A DNA stretch of 63,518 bases, the filler included, from Chiloscyllium plagiosum (Eukaryota), in assembly GCF_004010195.1 (NCBI RefSeq). It is 4 parts of one record of this genome, joined end to end, with 100 filler letters (N's around TTAATTAATTAA, not from the genome) between each part and the next. Parts side by side here need not be neighbours in the genome. Positions count along the whole stretch, not along the records: positions 43,749 to 60,857 come from NC_057712.1; positions 60,958 to 63,518 come from NC_057712.1; 2 more parts are not named here. One strand, written 5' to 3'. Both the position numbers and the translations under genes were made by a program. Below the pieces are notes generated by a model, which did not search any database, was not told the origin of the DNA, and saw nothing but the letters and a program-made list of their open reading frames with translations. Positions 52,456 to 63,518 of the stretch are shown in pieces. Each line of letters opens with the position of its first letter. Positions within the stretch are counted from its first letter, which is position 1.

Positions 52456-53229
52456 TAAAAATCCATTTGCCTTCTTTACCATTGCTGCAGCTGCATGCTT
52501 CAGTGACTGTTGTGTGAAGATACCCAGATCTCGTTCCACATTCCCCTCTCTCAATTTATAGCCAGATACTAATCAGCATGCCTGTTTTTGTGCTCAAAGT
52601 GGATACCTAACTTTTATACCAATATTGTGATCTGCCATGCATTTGCCCGCTCATTCAGCTTGTCTAATCACACTTGATCATCTCTGCATTCCCATCACTG
52701 CTCACCCGCCCATTCAGCTTTAAGGCATCTGTAAATTTGGTAAGATTACCTTTAGTTGCATCAATCACATCATCAATATATATTGTGAGCCCTAGCACTA
52801 TAGTACCCCACTGGTCACTGCCTGCCATTTGGAAAATGTCACATTGTTCCTATTCTTCATTTCCTGTCTGCCAAACAGTTTTTCATTCATCTCACTATAC
52901 TACTCCAAAACCAATGCACTTTAGTTTTACCCACTAATCTGTCATGTGGAACCTAATCAAAAGCCTTCTGAGAGTCCAAATAAACCACTGTTGTTTTTCT
53001 CTGGCCAATTTATATGCTTTTTCCTTGGCTCTAATACACTAATTTCCCTTGTAAGCCAGGTTTTGGTCACTTTTCTTGTTTTACTTTTGCACAAGACTAC
53101 AATGAATAATTTTGAAGAAGGGTCACTGGATCTAAAATGTTAACTTGGCTTTCTCTCCAGACAGATGCTGACAGACCTGTTGAATTTTTTCAGCAATTTC
53201 TGTTTTTGTTTCTGAAGAGTGAATAATTG

Positions 53230-54370
53230 TTGCAGTTGACCCATGTGATCTTTGAATATTTGTCATTGCCTCCCCACAATCATTCTTTATGTAACATTTT
53301 CCAATTTAATTGTAGCCAACTCGCGCATTATGCCATCCTAATTTCCTCCATTTAGATTCAGGACTCTAGCCTCAGAATCAACTATACCACTCTCTATCTT
53401 GATTATCATATGATGATTACACATTCCCAAGGGGCTTTGCAGAACTAGATTGCCAATTATTCCTTTCTCATTACACAATACCCAGTCTAGGATGGTCTGT
53501 TCCCCAGTTGATTCTTCAATGCACTGGTCCAGAAAATTATACATTCCAAGAATTCCAACTCTACAATATCATTACTGATTTGATTTGCCCAATCCATATG
53601 CAGATAAAAGTCATCCATAATTGCAGATGTTCCTTTTCTTGTTTCTTGTTTAATCCATTTGTTTAGGGGTCTAGATGATACCACCATTAGTGGTTTTTGC
53701 CCTTGGTGTTTTTCAACTCAACACCCATACTGATTGCACATTGTCAGAGCTAATATCCTTCCTCACTATGAATTTTCTTTCCTCTTTAACCAGCAATACA
53801 ACTACACTGCTTTTTCCTTTTTGTCTATCCTTCCTAAATACTGAATACATCTGGATAGTCAGTTTGCATCCACGCTCGCCCTACAGTCATGTCTACATAA
53901 TCCTGATTATGTCATAGCTGGTTTTATCTATTTGTGCGGTTATCTCATACACTTTACTGTGAATGCTCCTTGCAATAAGACTTGGCTTTTTCGCAATTAC
54001 TTATCACAATACCATTATTTTTCAGTGTGGCTCTGTTTGATCCTTAATTTCTCTGCCTATTATATTTCTTATTCCCCTTTCTGTCTTTTGAACTGATCCC
54101 TGGCTCCCCTTCCTCTCACTCCATGCAGAGGTTCCCAACTCTCTGCTATTTCAGTTTAAAGCCATCCCAACCACTCTAGCACATACTTTCCTGAGGGTAT
54201 CAGTCTGAGTCCTGCCCAGTAAACTGACCAGTTTGTACTTGTACTAACTTATCGCAGCACCAGTCCCAATGCTGCAGAATTTGAAAACTTCTCTTCACCC
54301 AATCTCTTCAATCGGTATTCATCTCAGATGTCCTGCTAATTCTACATTAACTGACATGTGGCACTGCTAG
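53230..54370 (-). mobile_element. Decayed CR1 ORF1/APE region
   Basis: AIMDDFYLHMDW; FLDQCIEESTGEQTILDWVL. Confidence 0.7.
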
Positions 54371-54479
54371 TAATCGTGAGCGTTGAGATCCCCAACATTT
54401 CATTCACATAAGTCAGCATTGGGAAACCATCAGCCTCACCAGATCAATATGCCTGCCCTTTACCCAGCTCACAAACCAG

Positions 54480-55180
54480 TCCTTCCTCCAGGTGTCGGGT
54501 GGTAATGGTTTGGCAGTGGATGAGGCCCAGGACCTGCATGCCCTTGATGGAGTGGGAGGGGGAAGTTGAAATGTTCAGCCACAGGGTGGTGGCATTGGTG
54601 GGTGCTGGTGTCCCAGGTGTCTCTGAAACGATCCACAAGAAGGCGTCCTGTCTCTTCGATGTAGCGGAGACCACAATGGATGCAGTAGATAACATGGGTA
54701 GAGGGAGGGGAGATACTTCAACTACCCCTCCCACTCTGTCAATGACATGCAGGTCCCAGGTCTCCTCCACCACCAAATCATTACCACCCGACACCTGGAC
54801 CCTTATATTCTGCCTTGGAACCCTGCAACCACATGGGATAAATGTGGATTTCTACAGCTTCCTCATTTCCCCGTCCCCCCACATTATCCCAGTCCCAAGC
54901 CTCCAATTCGGCACTGCCTTCCTGACCTGTCCATCACTGCCCCCTCTAACTTATCACCTTCTCCCTCACCTTCATCCACCTATGGCTTTCCCAGCTACCT
55001 CCCCCAACCTCACACCCCTCCCATTTATCTCTCAGCTCCGATCCACAAGCTTCATTCCTGATAAAGGGGGCTTATGCCAGAAACGTGCCCTGTTCCTCGG
55101 ATGCTGCCTGACCTGCTGAGCTTTTCCAGCACCACATTCTCGACTCTGATCTCCAGTATCTGCAGTCCTCACTTTTCTCT
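54480..55180 (+). mobile_element. Penelope-like element end with inverted 5' segment (54480-54715 minus; 54715-55180 plus)
   Basis: LIFCLGTLQPHGINVDF; the inverted copy SPSHSIKGMQVLGL matches the 35470-35995 family. Confidence 0.75.
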
Positions 55181-55229
55181 AGATGTCACATTAACCCATA
55201 TAACACATTGACATTGTCATTTCAAAAAT

Positions 55230-57380
55230 GATAAATGATTTGTGACTGTTAGAATGGTGACTGCAATTGAGAATCAAGTGAATGTGAAGTGTCAGATAGA
55301 CACCAGTGTTTCATGTAACATCATATGCTTTGCAGACCTATGGAAAGGGGCTCAAGTTGGTGACCCAAGGGTGATGTCCTTTAACAAAAAAATTGAAATT
55401 ATTCCTCTAAAGAGGATAAATGAATTTGAGAGTCCAATGGAATGGGAAAATTGAATCTTAGGAGTTCCAAGTAATAAACCTTATCAATATTTATTCATCT
55501 CAGCTAAAGCAAATTTAAGGTTTGGATTGGTAACCCTTCACATGCCAAAAGAAATTTGCAGTTTTTCTCAAGCCACATGTTCAATCATTGCTGAATAGAT
55601 TCTAAATGATTATATGGATGTTTTTAGAGGTCTTGGATTCTTCCTCCTGGATATCATCTAAGGTAGACGGAAGAAGAAACACAAACTTTGGTAAAGAAGA
55701 GTGATGAAGAAAGTAATAATTGGTACTGACTGGATTAGCAAAATGGTAGCAATGAAAAAGAAACTGGAAAATGGAGAGTGTGCATAGATCCAAAACACAT
55801 CAATAAAGCTTTGAAGGGATCTCACTGCTACCTTCCAATGATTGAAGAATTTTTGCTACAATTTACTAAGAAAACGCGATTTACTACATTTTATGCAAAA
55901 GATGGTTACTGGCAAATAAGCTAGATGAAAGCAACACTTTACTAAAGATATTCTGGATGCCATTCAGGAGATACAGGATAGTTGCACATGCCATTTGGCA
56001 CTTGTAGTGTTTTGGAAGAGCATCAGTACAGACAGTAGGAGACAGTGAGTGATTTTCCTTGAGTGGAAGGCTATTATGGATCCTATGCTAGTGTAAGGAT
56101 ATAGAGAGATAATGAAAGATATAATCACACACCACAATAAGGATCCAATGCAACTTCAAATAAGAGCTCATCAGAGGAATCTGAGGTGGAACAAAAAAAT
56201 ACAATTGAAGATTTTTGAAGTCAAATACATAGATCATATGCTGACAGCAAATGGACTTTGCATGGATCCTGATAAGGTGAGAGCTGTGGTAGAAGCACAG
56301 TGACCAATAGATGTGAAAGGAATGCAACAATTTGCTCCTTCATGAACTATTTAGCAAAGGTCTTGCCTAATTTGTTATTAGAGTGTGATCCTCCATGTAA
56401 TCTCCCTGCTAAGGAGGTGCAGTGGTACTGGAGCAAAGAATAAGAAGCAGGTTTCATTGGAATCAGACAAGTAGCGGTGATAATGCCAGTGCTGAAATAC
56501 TACAATGTTAATGATGGAGTCACTTGCAGTGTGATGACAGTGATACTGGAACTGAGTAACCCTTATGCTGCAACGGCAGCCAGTTACATTTACACCCATG
56601 GCATGAATGTAAACTACATGATATTACATTCAAATTGAGAAAGAGTGCCTGGCGATTGTCTTTGCTTCTAAGTTTTTATTTTATCAATGCCCTGCTTGAG
56701 GAAGAGAAAATGATAGTGGATTGTGACTGCAAGCAACTTCAAAATATGTTCCTCAAACTGCTTCTACTGCCTTAAAACATCTGCAAAGAATATTCCTTCA
56801 TTTGCAAAGGTACATATAAATGAGATTGTCAAGTAAGGAAAATGTACATTACTGATGTGTTGTCACTCTCTGTGAAGAAAGTTGAGGATTTTAAGACAGT
56901 GTGTAATTCTCTATTCTTGATGAGAAATAAAAGCTTGACAGAAAGATTATGGATGAAGCTTGGAGTGTATGTCATCCTGCTCATAGAAACTGATGACCTT
57001 GGTACCAATGACTACTATACTAAGTACTAGATGTTAGACTGGCTGCCTTCAATGAATGCCAGTGATATTGTAGAATGCCTGAAAGTAAACTTCAGTTGTT
57101 TGAGTTCCAGACATTGTGATGAGTGACAAAGGCCCTCAATTCAGCAAAAGAATTCAAGTGCTTCGTAAAGTTCAGGAAGTTCAACACCATATATAATCTT
57201 CACAACATCCCCATTCAAATGGTAAGGTGGGATGGCAGTGAATAACACCAAAGGCTAGCACAGCTATTTACAAGTCAATCCTTGAGTGGAGAAATGCACG
57301 TACTGTAGACTTTGAATGTCACATCATAGCTAAACACTTCCAATAGTGAAACATTTGTTGAAACCAGAAGCACCAGCTTT
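55230..57380 (+). mobile_element. Heavily decayed Gypsy pol (protease, RT, RNase H, integrase order)
   Basis: CQIDTSVSCNI; CIDPKHINKAL; AKDGYWQI; HMPFG; IQIEKECLAIVFA; PDIVMSDKGPQF; HPHSNGK. Many stops and frameshifts. Confidence 0.8.
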
Positions 57381-58231
57381 TAAGTAGAGAACTATACTTA
57401 TTGAAGACATTGGAGTGTAGGCCAATCAAAAGACTTATGTCATGTCAAACCTAACTTACTCTTACAATTGTGAAAATTCTGTTGAAGTCAGAAGTAATAA
57501 CATGAGGAAGTGAAAAAAATCAAGGTGAAATGACAGAAAGTCAAATTTCCCTTTGATAAAACTGGTAGATTATTACTACAGTTGAACGTTGGAGAGACAG
57601 AGTGCAAACATTCAATTCTCTCAACAAGAGTCAGTCTGTGTGGCATCTTGATCCAACATTGTCACCTTGATCGTATTGAACAACCAAACATATAATCACA
57701 ACTACAAGCATATAGTGTACAGATAGAGAAGTTGCTCTTCTCACTGTAGACAGCTGATCAGGAAAATACACACTACAGAATGACCTTCAATCTCAGACCT
57801 CCTCAGCAATAGAAATGGATCAATAATAAAAGCATTCAGTCCCCAGGAACAACTGTCCTGGGAGAAGGAACATTACCCTAGGAATGTGAAGATATCAGAT
57901 GACCAATTGATGATAATGCACACACGTGCCAATAGAATATCTGCACAATTTAAATATTATATATGTAACACATACTCAGAGACTAATTAAAAAGTGGAAA
58001 TGATTAGAATTACCTCAGCTTCATTAAAGAATATTCATTTTATTTAATAACTATGGATGATGGGTAACTTGGGTGTCTTGATGCAGCAAATTCGAGAAGA
58101 TGCACTTGTTTAACGAAAATGATGTGTTTGAAGAAATGCATTGTATCTAAGTTGGCTTATTATAGTCATGTGACCTCCAGATCTACTATGACTTGCTTCC
58201 ACTTTAGGTTGTGGCAATTCGGTACAGCTAA

Positions 58232-59150
58232 TAAGTTCGCAGATAACACCAAAATTGCAGTTGCATTGGACAGTGAAGAAGGTTAGCACAGAGTGTAACG
58301 GGATATTGATCAGATGGGCTAATGGGCTGAGGAGTGGCAGATGGAGTTTAATTTAGATAAGTATGAGGTGCTGCACTTTGGTAGGGCAAATCAGGGCAGA
58401 ACTTATGCCCTTGATGGTAAGGTCTAGGGAGTGTTGCTTAACAAAGAGGCCTTGGAATGCAGGTTCATGGTTCCTTGAAAGTAGAAACATGAATAGATAA
58501 GGTAGTGAAGAAGATACTTGGTACACTTCCCTTTAATGGTCAGTTCATCGAGTAAAAGAGTTGGAAGGTCACATTGCGGCTGTACAGATCATTGGTTGGC
58601 CACTTACGGATTACTGCATTCATGTCAGGTCTCCCTGCTACAGGAAAGATATTGCGAAAGTTGAAAGGGTTCAGAAATGATTTACAAGGTTGTTGCCAGG
58701 GTTGGAGGGTTCGAGCTATGGGGAGAGGCTGAATAGGCTGGAGCTGTTTTATCTGGAATGTGGGAGGCTGAGGAGTGACCTTATAGAGGTTTATAAAATC
58801 ATGAGGGGCATGGATAGGGTGAATAGTCAAGGTGTTTTCTCCAGGGTAACGAAGACCACAACTAGAGGGCATAGGTTTAAGGTGAGAAGGGAATAGTTTA
58901 AAAAGGATCTAAGAGGCAACATTTTCACATAGAGGGTGGTGCGTGTATGGAATGAACTGCTACAGGAAGTGGTAGAGGCTGGTGCAGTTACAATATTTAA
59001 AGGCATCTGGATGACGATATGAATAGGAAGGGCTTTGAGGGGCATGGGCCAAATGCTGGTGAATGGGACTAGATTAATTTAGAATAACTGGTTGGCATGG
59101 ATGAGTTGGACTGAAGGGTCTGTTTCTGTGCTATACATTTTTATGACTCA
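58232..59150 (+). mobile_element. CR1 LINE RT and 3' end
   Basis: KFADNTK; LPGLEGSSYGERLNRL...RSDLIEVYKIMRG. Confidence 0.88.
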
Positions 59151-60857
59151 AATCACAAATGCATTAAATGAAGTAGAGGCACTTAAGGATTGTTTCAGAG
59201 AATATTGCTCAAAATAAGCTTGTAACCCAAAGGTTATCACAGGGTATTTATTTTTTAAGATCTCTCAATGATCCATGTGTTATTCTTTCATCTTTGCTTA
59301 ATTTATTGTATTGACTTTATTTAGCTACCTTTATTTTCAATATTCAAGTGTTCCAGTAATATGGAGAATGTCAGCTTGGATACTCCACTTCTCACGAGAG
59401 TTTTAATTTTAAGTGTTGACAAACAATTTAAACCTAATCAGTAAAAGCAGCCCAGGTCAGTTTTGCAGTTCCCATTGAACAGAAATTCAGAGCTTAATAA
59501 TGGCACTTCATTGAAACCCTGACTAAAATCAACTAATTCAACATAGACCATTGATTGATCAAGATGGGAATATTACATGATGCTTCAATTAGCCTTCAGA
59601 GGGTTCATAAACACAGTGTACTGATCATATAGTTCCTAGTAACAGGAATACTTTTCTAATTTTGTGTTCTCACAAAAGATTTATGATTAAAAACAAGACA
59701 TGGCAAAAGAGGAGGAGATTAATCTGGGGTTTTTGATAACATCACCAAACAAGCCACAGGTGCCAGGAAAGCTGTAGCTGGGATGTATGCACCAGGCCTG
59801 GATCTCCCCTTCAGGAGAGCTGAGTCAGAGCATACCAATCTGCTGCCTTCTCTTGGAGATGAGGTATTTTAGTACAGCTTTTCTCTCATTCATCTCAGAA
59901 GAGACAGTCATGGAGGAGACACTGACTGGTGATTTTTCATTTATGGAATACGAGCATTGCTAGCAAATTCACCATTCTTCGCTATGTGTAATTGACCTGG
60001 AGAAAATGCTGATAAGTTGATTTCTTAAATCGTGGTACTCCACATCAACAGCACTCTTAGGTTCAAAAATCTCACAAAGTGTTATGGTGCAGTGGAAGAT
60101 CATTAAGCCCATTGTGTCTGCACTCATTCTTCAAACGATCATCATTTCTACTGCCAATCTCCTGCACCTTCCCATAGCTTTGAATCCATTTCTATCCAAA
60201 TGATCATCCAACACTCTCTTGAAAGCCTTGCGAAGAGAGTTCCAGGATGTTGATCCAACAGTAATGATGGAAAATTGACACCGTTTGAAGTCAGGATGTT
60301 GTGTGCTTAGAGAGGAACTTGGACACATGGTAAGACTTCCTATGCATTCTTACCATTGTCTTTCCAAATGGTAGAATGCATGGGTTTCAAAAATGTCGGT
60401 AAAGGAAACTTGGTTATGTGATGCAGAATACCTTGAAGATAGTACAAAATATCGTCACATGTTTCGGTGATATGTCAAGTGACTGTTGAAGGTGGTGGAC
60501 TTTCAAGTGAGTTGTTTTCTTCTTGGATAGTATCAAGCTTTGTGAGTACTGCTGAAGCTATAATTAGATAAGTGGAAAATTATCCGAGACACTTGATCCA
60601 GATTTGTCACTGGTAGATTGTGGACAGCATTTGAGATGTCAGCTGATAGGACAGCCTGATACAGAATGGTTACAGCACAGAGAGATCATTCATCATATTA
60701 GAACATAGAACATAGAAGAATACAGCGCAGTACAGGCCCTTCGGCCCTCGATGTTGCGCCGATCCAAGCCCACCTAACCTACACTAGCCCACTATCCTCC
60801 ATATGCCTATCCAATGCCCGTTTAAATGCCCATAAAGAGGGAGAGTCCACCACTGCT

Positions 60858-60957
60858 NNNNNNNNNNNNNNNNNNNNNNNNNNNNNNNNNNNNNNNNNNN
60901 NTTAATTAATTAANNNNNNNNNNNNNNNNNNNNNNNNNNNNNNNNNNNNNNNNNNNN
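60858..60957. other. Artificial scaffold linker N44-TTAATTAATTAA-N44
   Basis: Same structure as 22213-22312. Confidence 0.97.
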
Positions 60958-61245
60958 CCGCCTTCCTAACCTGCAATCTTCTTCCCGACCTCTCCGCCCC
61001 CACCCCAGTCTGACCTTTCACCCTCACCTTGACCTCTTTCCACCTATCACATTTCTGACGCCCCTCCCCCAAGTCCCTCCTCCCTACCTTTTATCTTAGC
61101 CTGCTGGACAAACTTTCCTCATTCCTGAAGAAGGGCTTATGCCCGAAACGTCGATTCTCCTGTTCCCTGGAGGCTGCCTGACCTGCTGCACTTTTCCAGC
61201 AACACATTTCCAGCTATAACCTGGTGTTGTGTGATTTTTAACTTG
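60958..61245 (+). mobile_element. PLE 3' end with hammerhead motif (61123-61154)
   Basis: Nearly identical to 35743-35995. Confidence 0.8.
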
Positions 61246-63384
61246 GTATATGCTAGACACCGGTGTCCAGGGACAAGGGTGGTTGTGATGGGTACCCCTG
61301 AATAATGAGATGCAGTAAGGTTGATTGTAATATAGAGGTCTTTTGGAGTGAATAGCAAGTTGAATCAACTTTGTATGTGCTCATTTTTTTCTCTTTAGCG
61401 TGGTTGATCTAAGCTGTGTTTTTGGTGACTGGTTGAGTGCCTTTGGAGTTGGCCAGCTCCCTGAGCAATATGAGGCAGACAGCACTCTCAATCTCCCTGT
61501 CCAAGATGGTCTCATATTTGTTGTAATGAATTAAGTATTAAGCCTTGAAGTGAAGTAATCAAATATGTTGACAATGACAGAGTTCATGATATATATTTGT
61601 CCTTGGATGAAATTCTGGCAGATAGATGGAGCTGAATTGGCACCCAGTACACATAGGTCGAATAGTTTTGTTTCCTAGAGAACTTTATCAAAAGCCTTAT
61701 GGAAGTTTATATTTACTCCATTGGCTGGCTGGTCTATGATACAGAATGATGCCAATAGCATGGGCTCAATTCGTGCATCAGCTGAGGTTACTGTGAAGGA
61801 TTCTCAACCTCTTTCCCTGCCAGAGGCATAGTGACCCTCAGTTAAACCATCACCTGTTGTGTGTCTCTCTCTGTCTCTAATGAGAAAGCAGCCCTATAAT
61901 CTGCTAAAAACTATGGCAACTTTACCTTTTTATATCCATCTGGTCCTGGTGACTTATTTAATCGAAGTATAGCCAGTCTTTCTAATTTCTTTATCTCATC
62001 TGGCATCTTAATCACATTTTTTTTACTAGACTTGCAAGAATCTTCTTTGGTAAAGACATAAAAATGACTGCTTAGCACCTCAGCCATACTCTGTGCTGCA
62101 TACATAGAAATCTTTCTGGTTCCCAATCTGCTCCACCCACCTCTTTCTACTTTTTAACTATTCACATGTCTAAAGAAGACTTTTTGATTCCCTTGTATGT
62201 TAGTTGTCAGTGACAGAATCACAGTGATGTTATAGCATGGAAGCAGCCATGCTATCCCATCATAACTGCACCAGTTAGCCCATCATAACTGCACCAGCTT
62301 GTTAAATGAGCATCATTACCTAGTGCCAATTTCTGCTTTATCCCCAATCTTTGCATCCTATTTTTTATTCCAAGTAATCATCTGATGTCCTATTGAATGC
62401 TTTAACTGAACCCATCTTCATGACACTCCCAGACAGTACATTCCATACCCTAACTACTCGCTGAGTGAAAAAGCTTTTCCTCACTTGCTACTTTTGCAGA
62501 AGTCTCTTCTCATGCTCTCTTTACCTCTCTTAATTACTTTTCCACTAAACTTCAGCCTAATTCTCATCTGTATTATCAACTTGATATCTGTCATTGGATT
62601 CTTGTCTCTTCTTCATTTTATTACCTATCTTTTTCATCCTCCAAGGAGCTGGACCAAACTGGCCCAAACCATCTGTTCTTTAAGGACAGTCCATTGTTTT
62701 GTTACAGTTTTGCTTGCCATTCATTCATTCACTTCAGTCCAATTTACCTGGATCATTCTTATCTGCCTGACATTTGCCTTTCACCAATTAAATATTATTT
62801 AATCTAGATCACTCAAGGGAAGACGTTAATGCCCTCTATGATGAAGAGATTTAAGGTAGGGTATGAAGACTGGGAGATCCCACCACCGTTCTAATGACAT
62901 CTGAGACACAAAGGCTTATGGCAACCCTCCTCTACTGCTAATTGTGACTCTGAAGTAGGCAATTAATGCACAATAGGGATTCCTGACAACACCCTGTGAT
63001 TGATATTCATGCAGCAGTGGAGAGAGGGCTTGCCATCTGCAAAGTCAAAACGTAAGCTCTAGCAGGTTGCCTTGGCAGGGCCAAGTTCAAAGGTTGTTAG
63101 CGGTGATCAAAAGACCTGGCATTTGGAAGGAAAAGCTCTGCTGAGAGCAATTTCCTCTACTCTTGCTGTCTATCCCTCTGCTCCCCTTCACATAATACCC
63201 TCCTATGTGTCACCTGTGTCCATAAACAATCCTGTGCCTCAGGTAAGTGCATTTCCAGTATAGTCATTGTCTCCATGGTGGTGCAATTAACAATGCATTG
63301 CAGCTCTTATTGGTTGGCTGCTCTTGGGATGGCATTTCCACTCCTGGAGTTTATGGAGAAGGCTTGTTGTAGTTTAAAATCAAC

Positions 63385-63518
63385 GAGGTAAAAACAATGA
63401 CTGCAGATGCTGGAAACCAGATTCTGGATCAGTGGTGCTGGAAGAGCACAGCAATTCAGGCAGCATCCGAGGACAGGCAAAATCGACGTTTCGGGCAAAA
63501 GCCCTTCATCAGGAATAA
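63385..63518 (-). mobile_element. PLE 3' end with hammerhead motif (63483-63514, minus strand)
   Basis: Minus strand TC-CTGATGA-A-GGGC-TTTT-GCCC-GAAA-CGT-C-GA; close match to 20570-20705. Confidence 0.75.

Overview
Repeat-rich eukaryotic genomic DNA, most likely from a shark or another cartilaginous fish (many HE1-type V-SINEs, CR1 LINEs and Deu-type SINEs). It is a draft assembly with N gaps and three artificial N44-TTAATTAATTAA-N44 joins. Genes: two internal coding exons of IMP4 (+, 821-975 and 1477-1571); a complete, divergent 5-exon alpha-tubulin gene (-, 34555-29960, 451 aa, non-tyrosinated tail); and an inverted paralogous copy of the tubulin promoter plus ATG exon 1 (+, about 42950-43545) that is cut off by an assembly join. 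Most of the rest is mobile DNA: CR1, Rex1/Babar, L1, Penelope-like elements (PLEs), Gypsy remnants, SINEs and a MITE. The most notable non-gene signal is a set of minimal hammerhead-ribozyme motifs (CUGANGA-stem II-GAAA-palindromic stem III) from at least three repeat families, two of them tied directly to PLE GIY-YIG sequence. They occur singly, as a tandem pair, and as short palindromic cassettes with a motif on each strand, one just downstream of the tubulin poly(A) signal. A SINE-derived 53-54 bp minisatellite also flanks an IMP4 exon in inverted orientation. Exon coordinates are exact; repeat boundaries are approximate and were read by eye.
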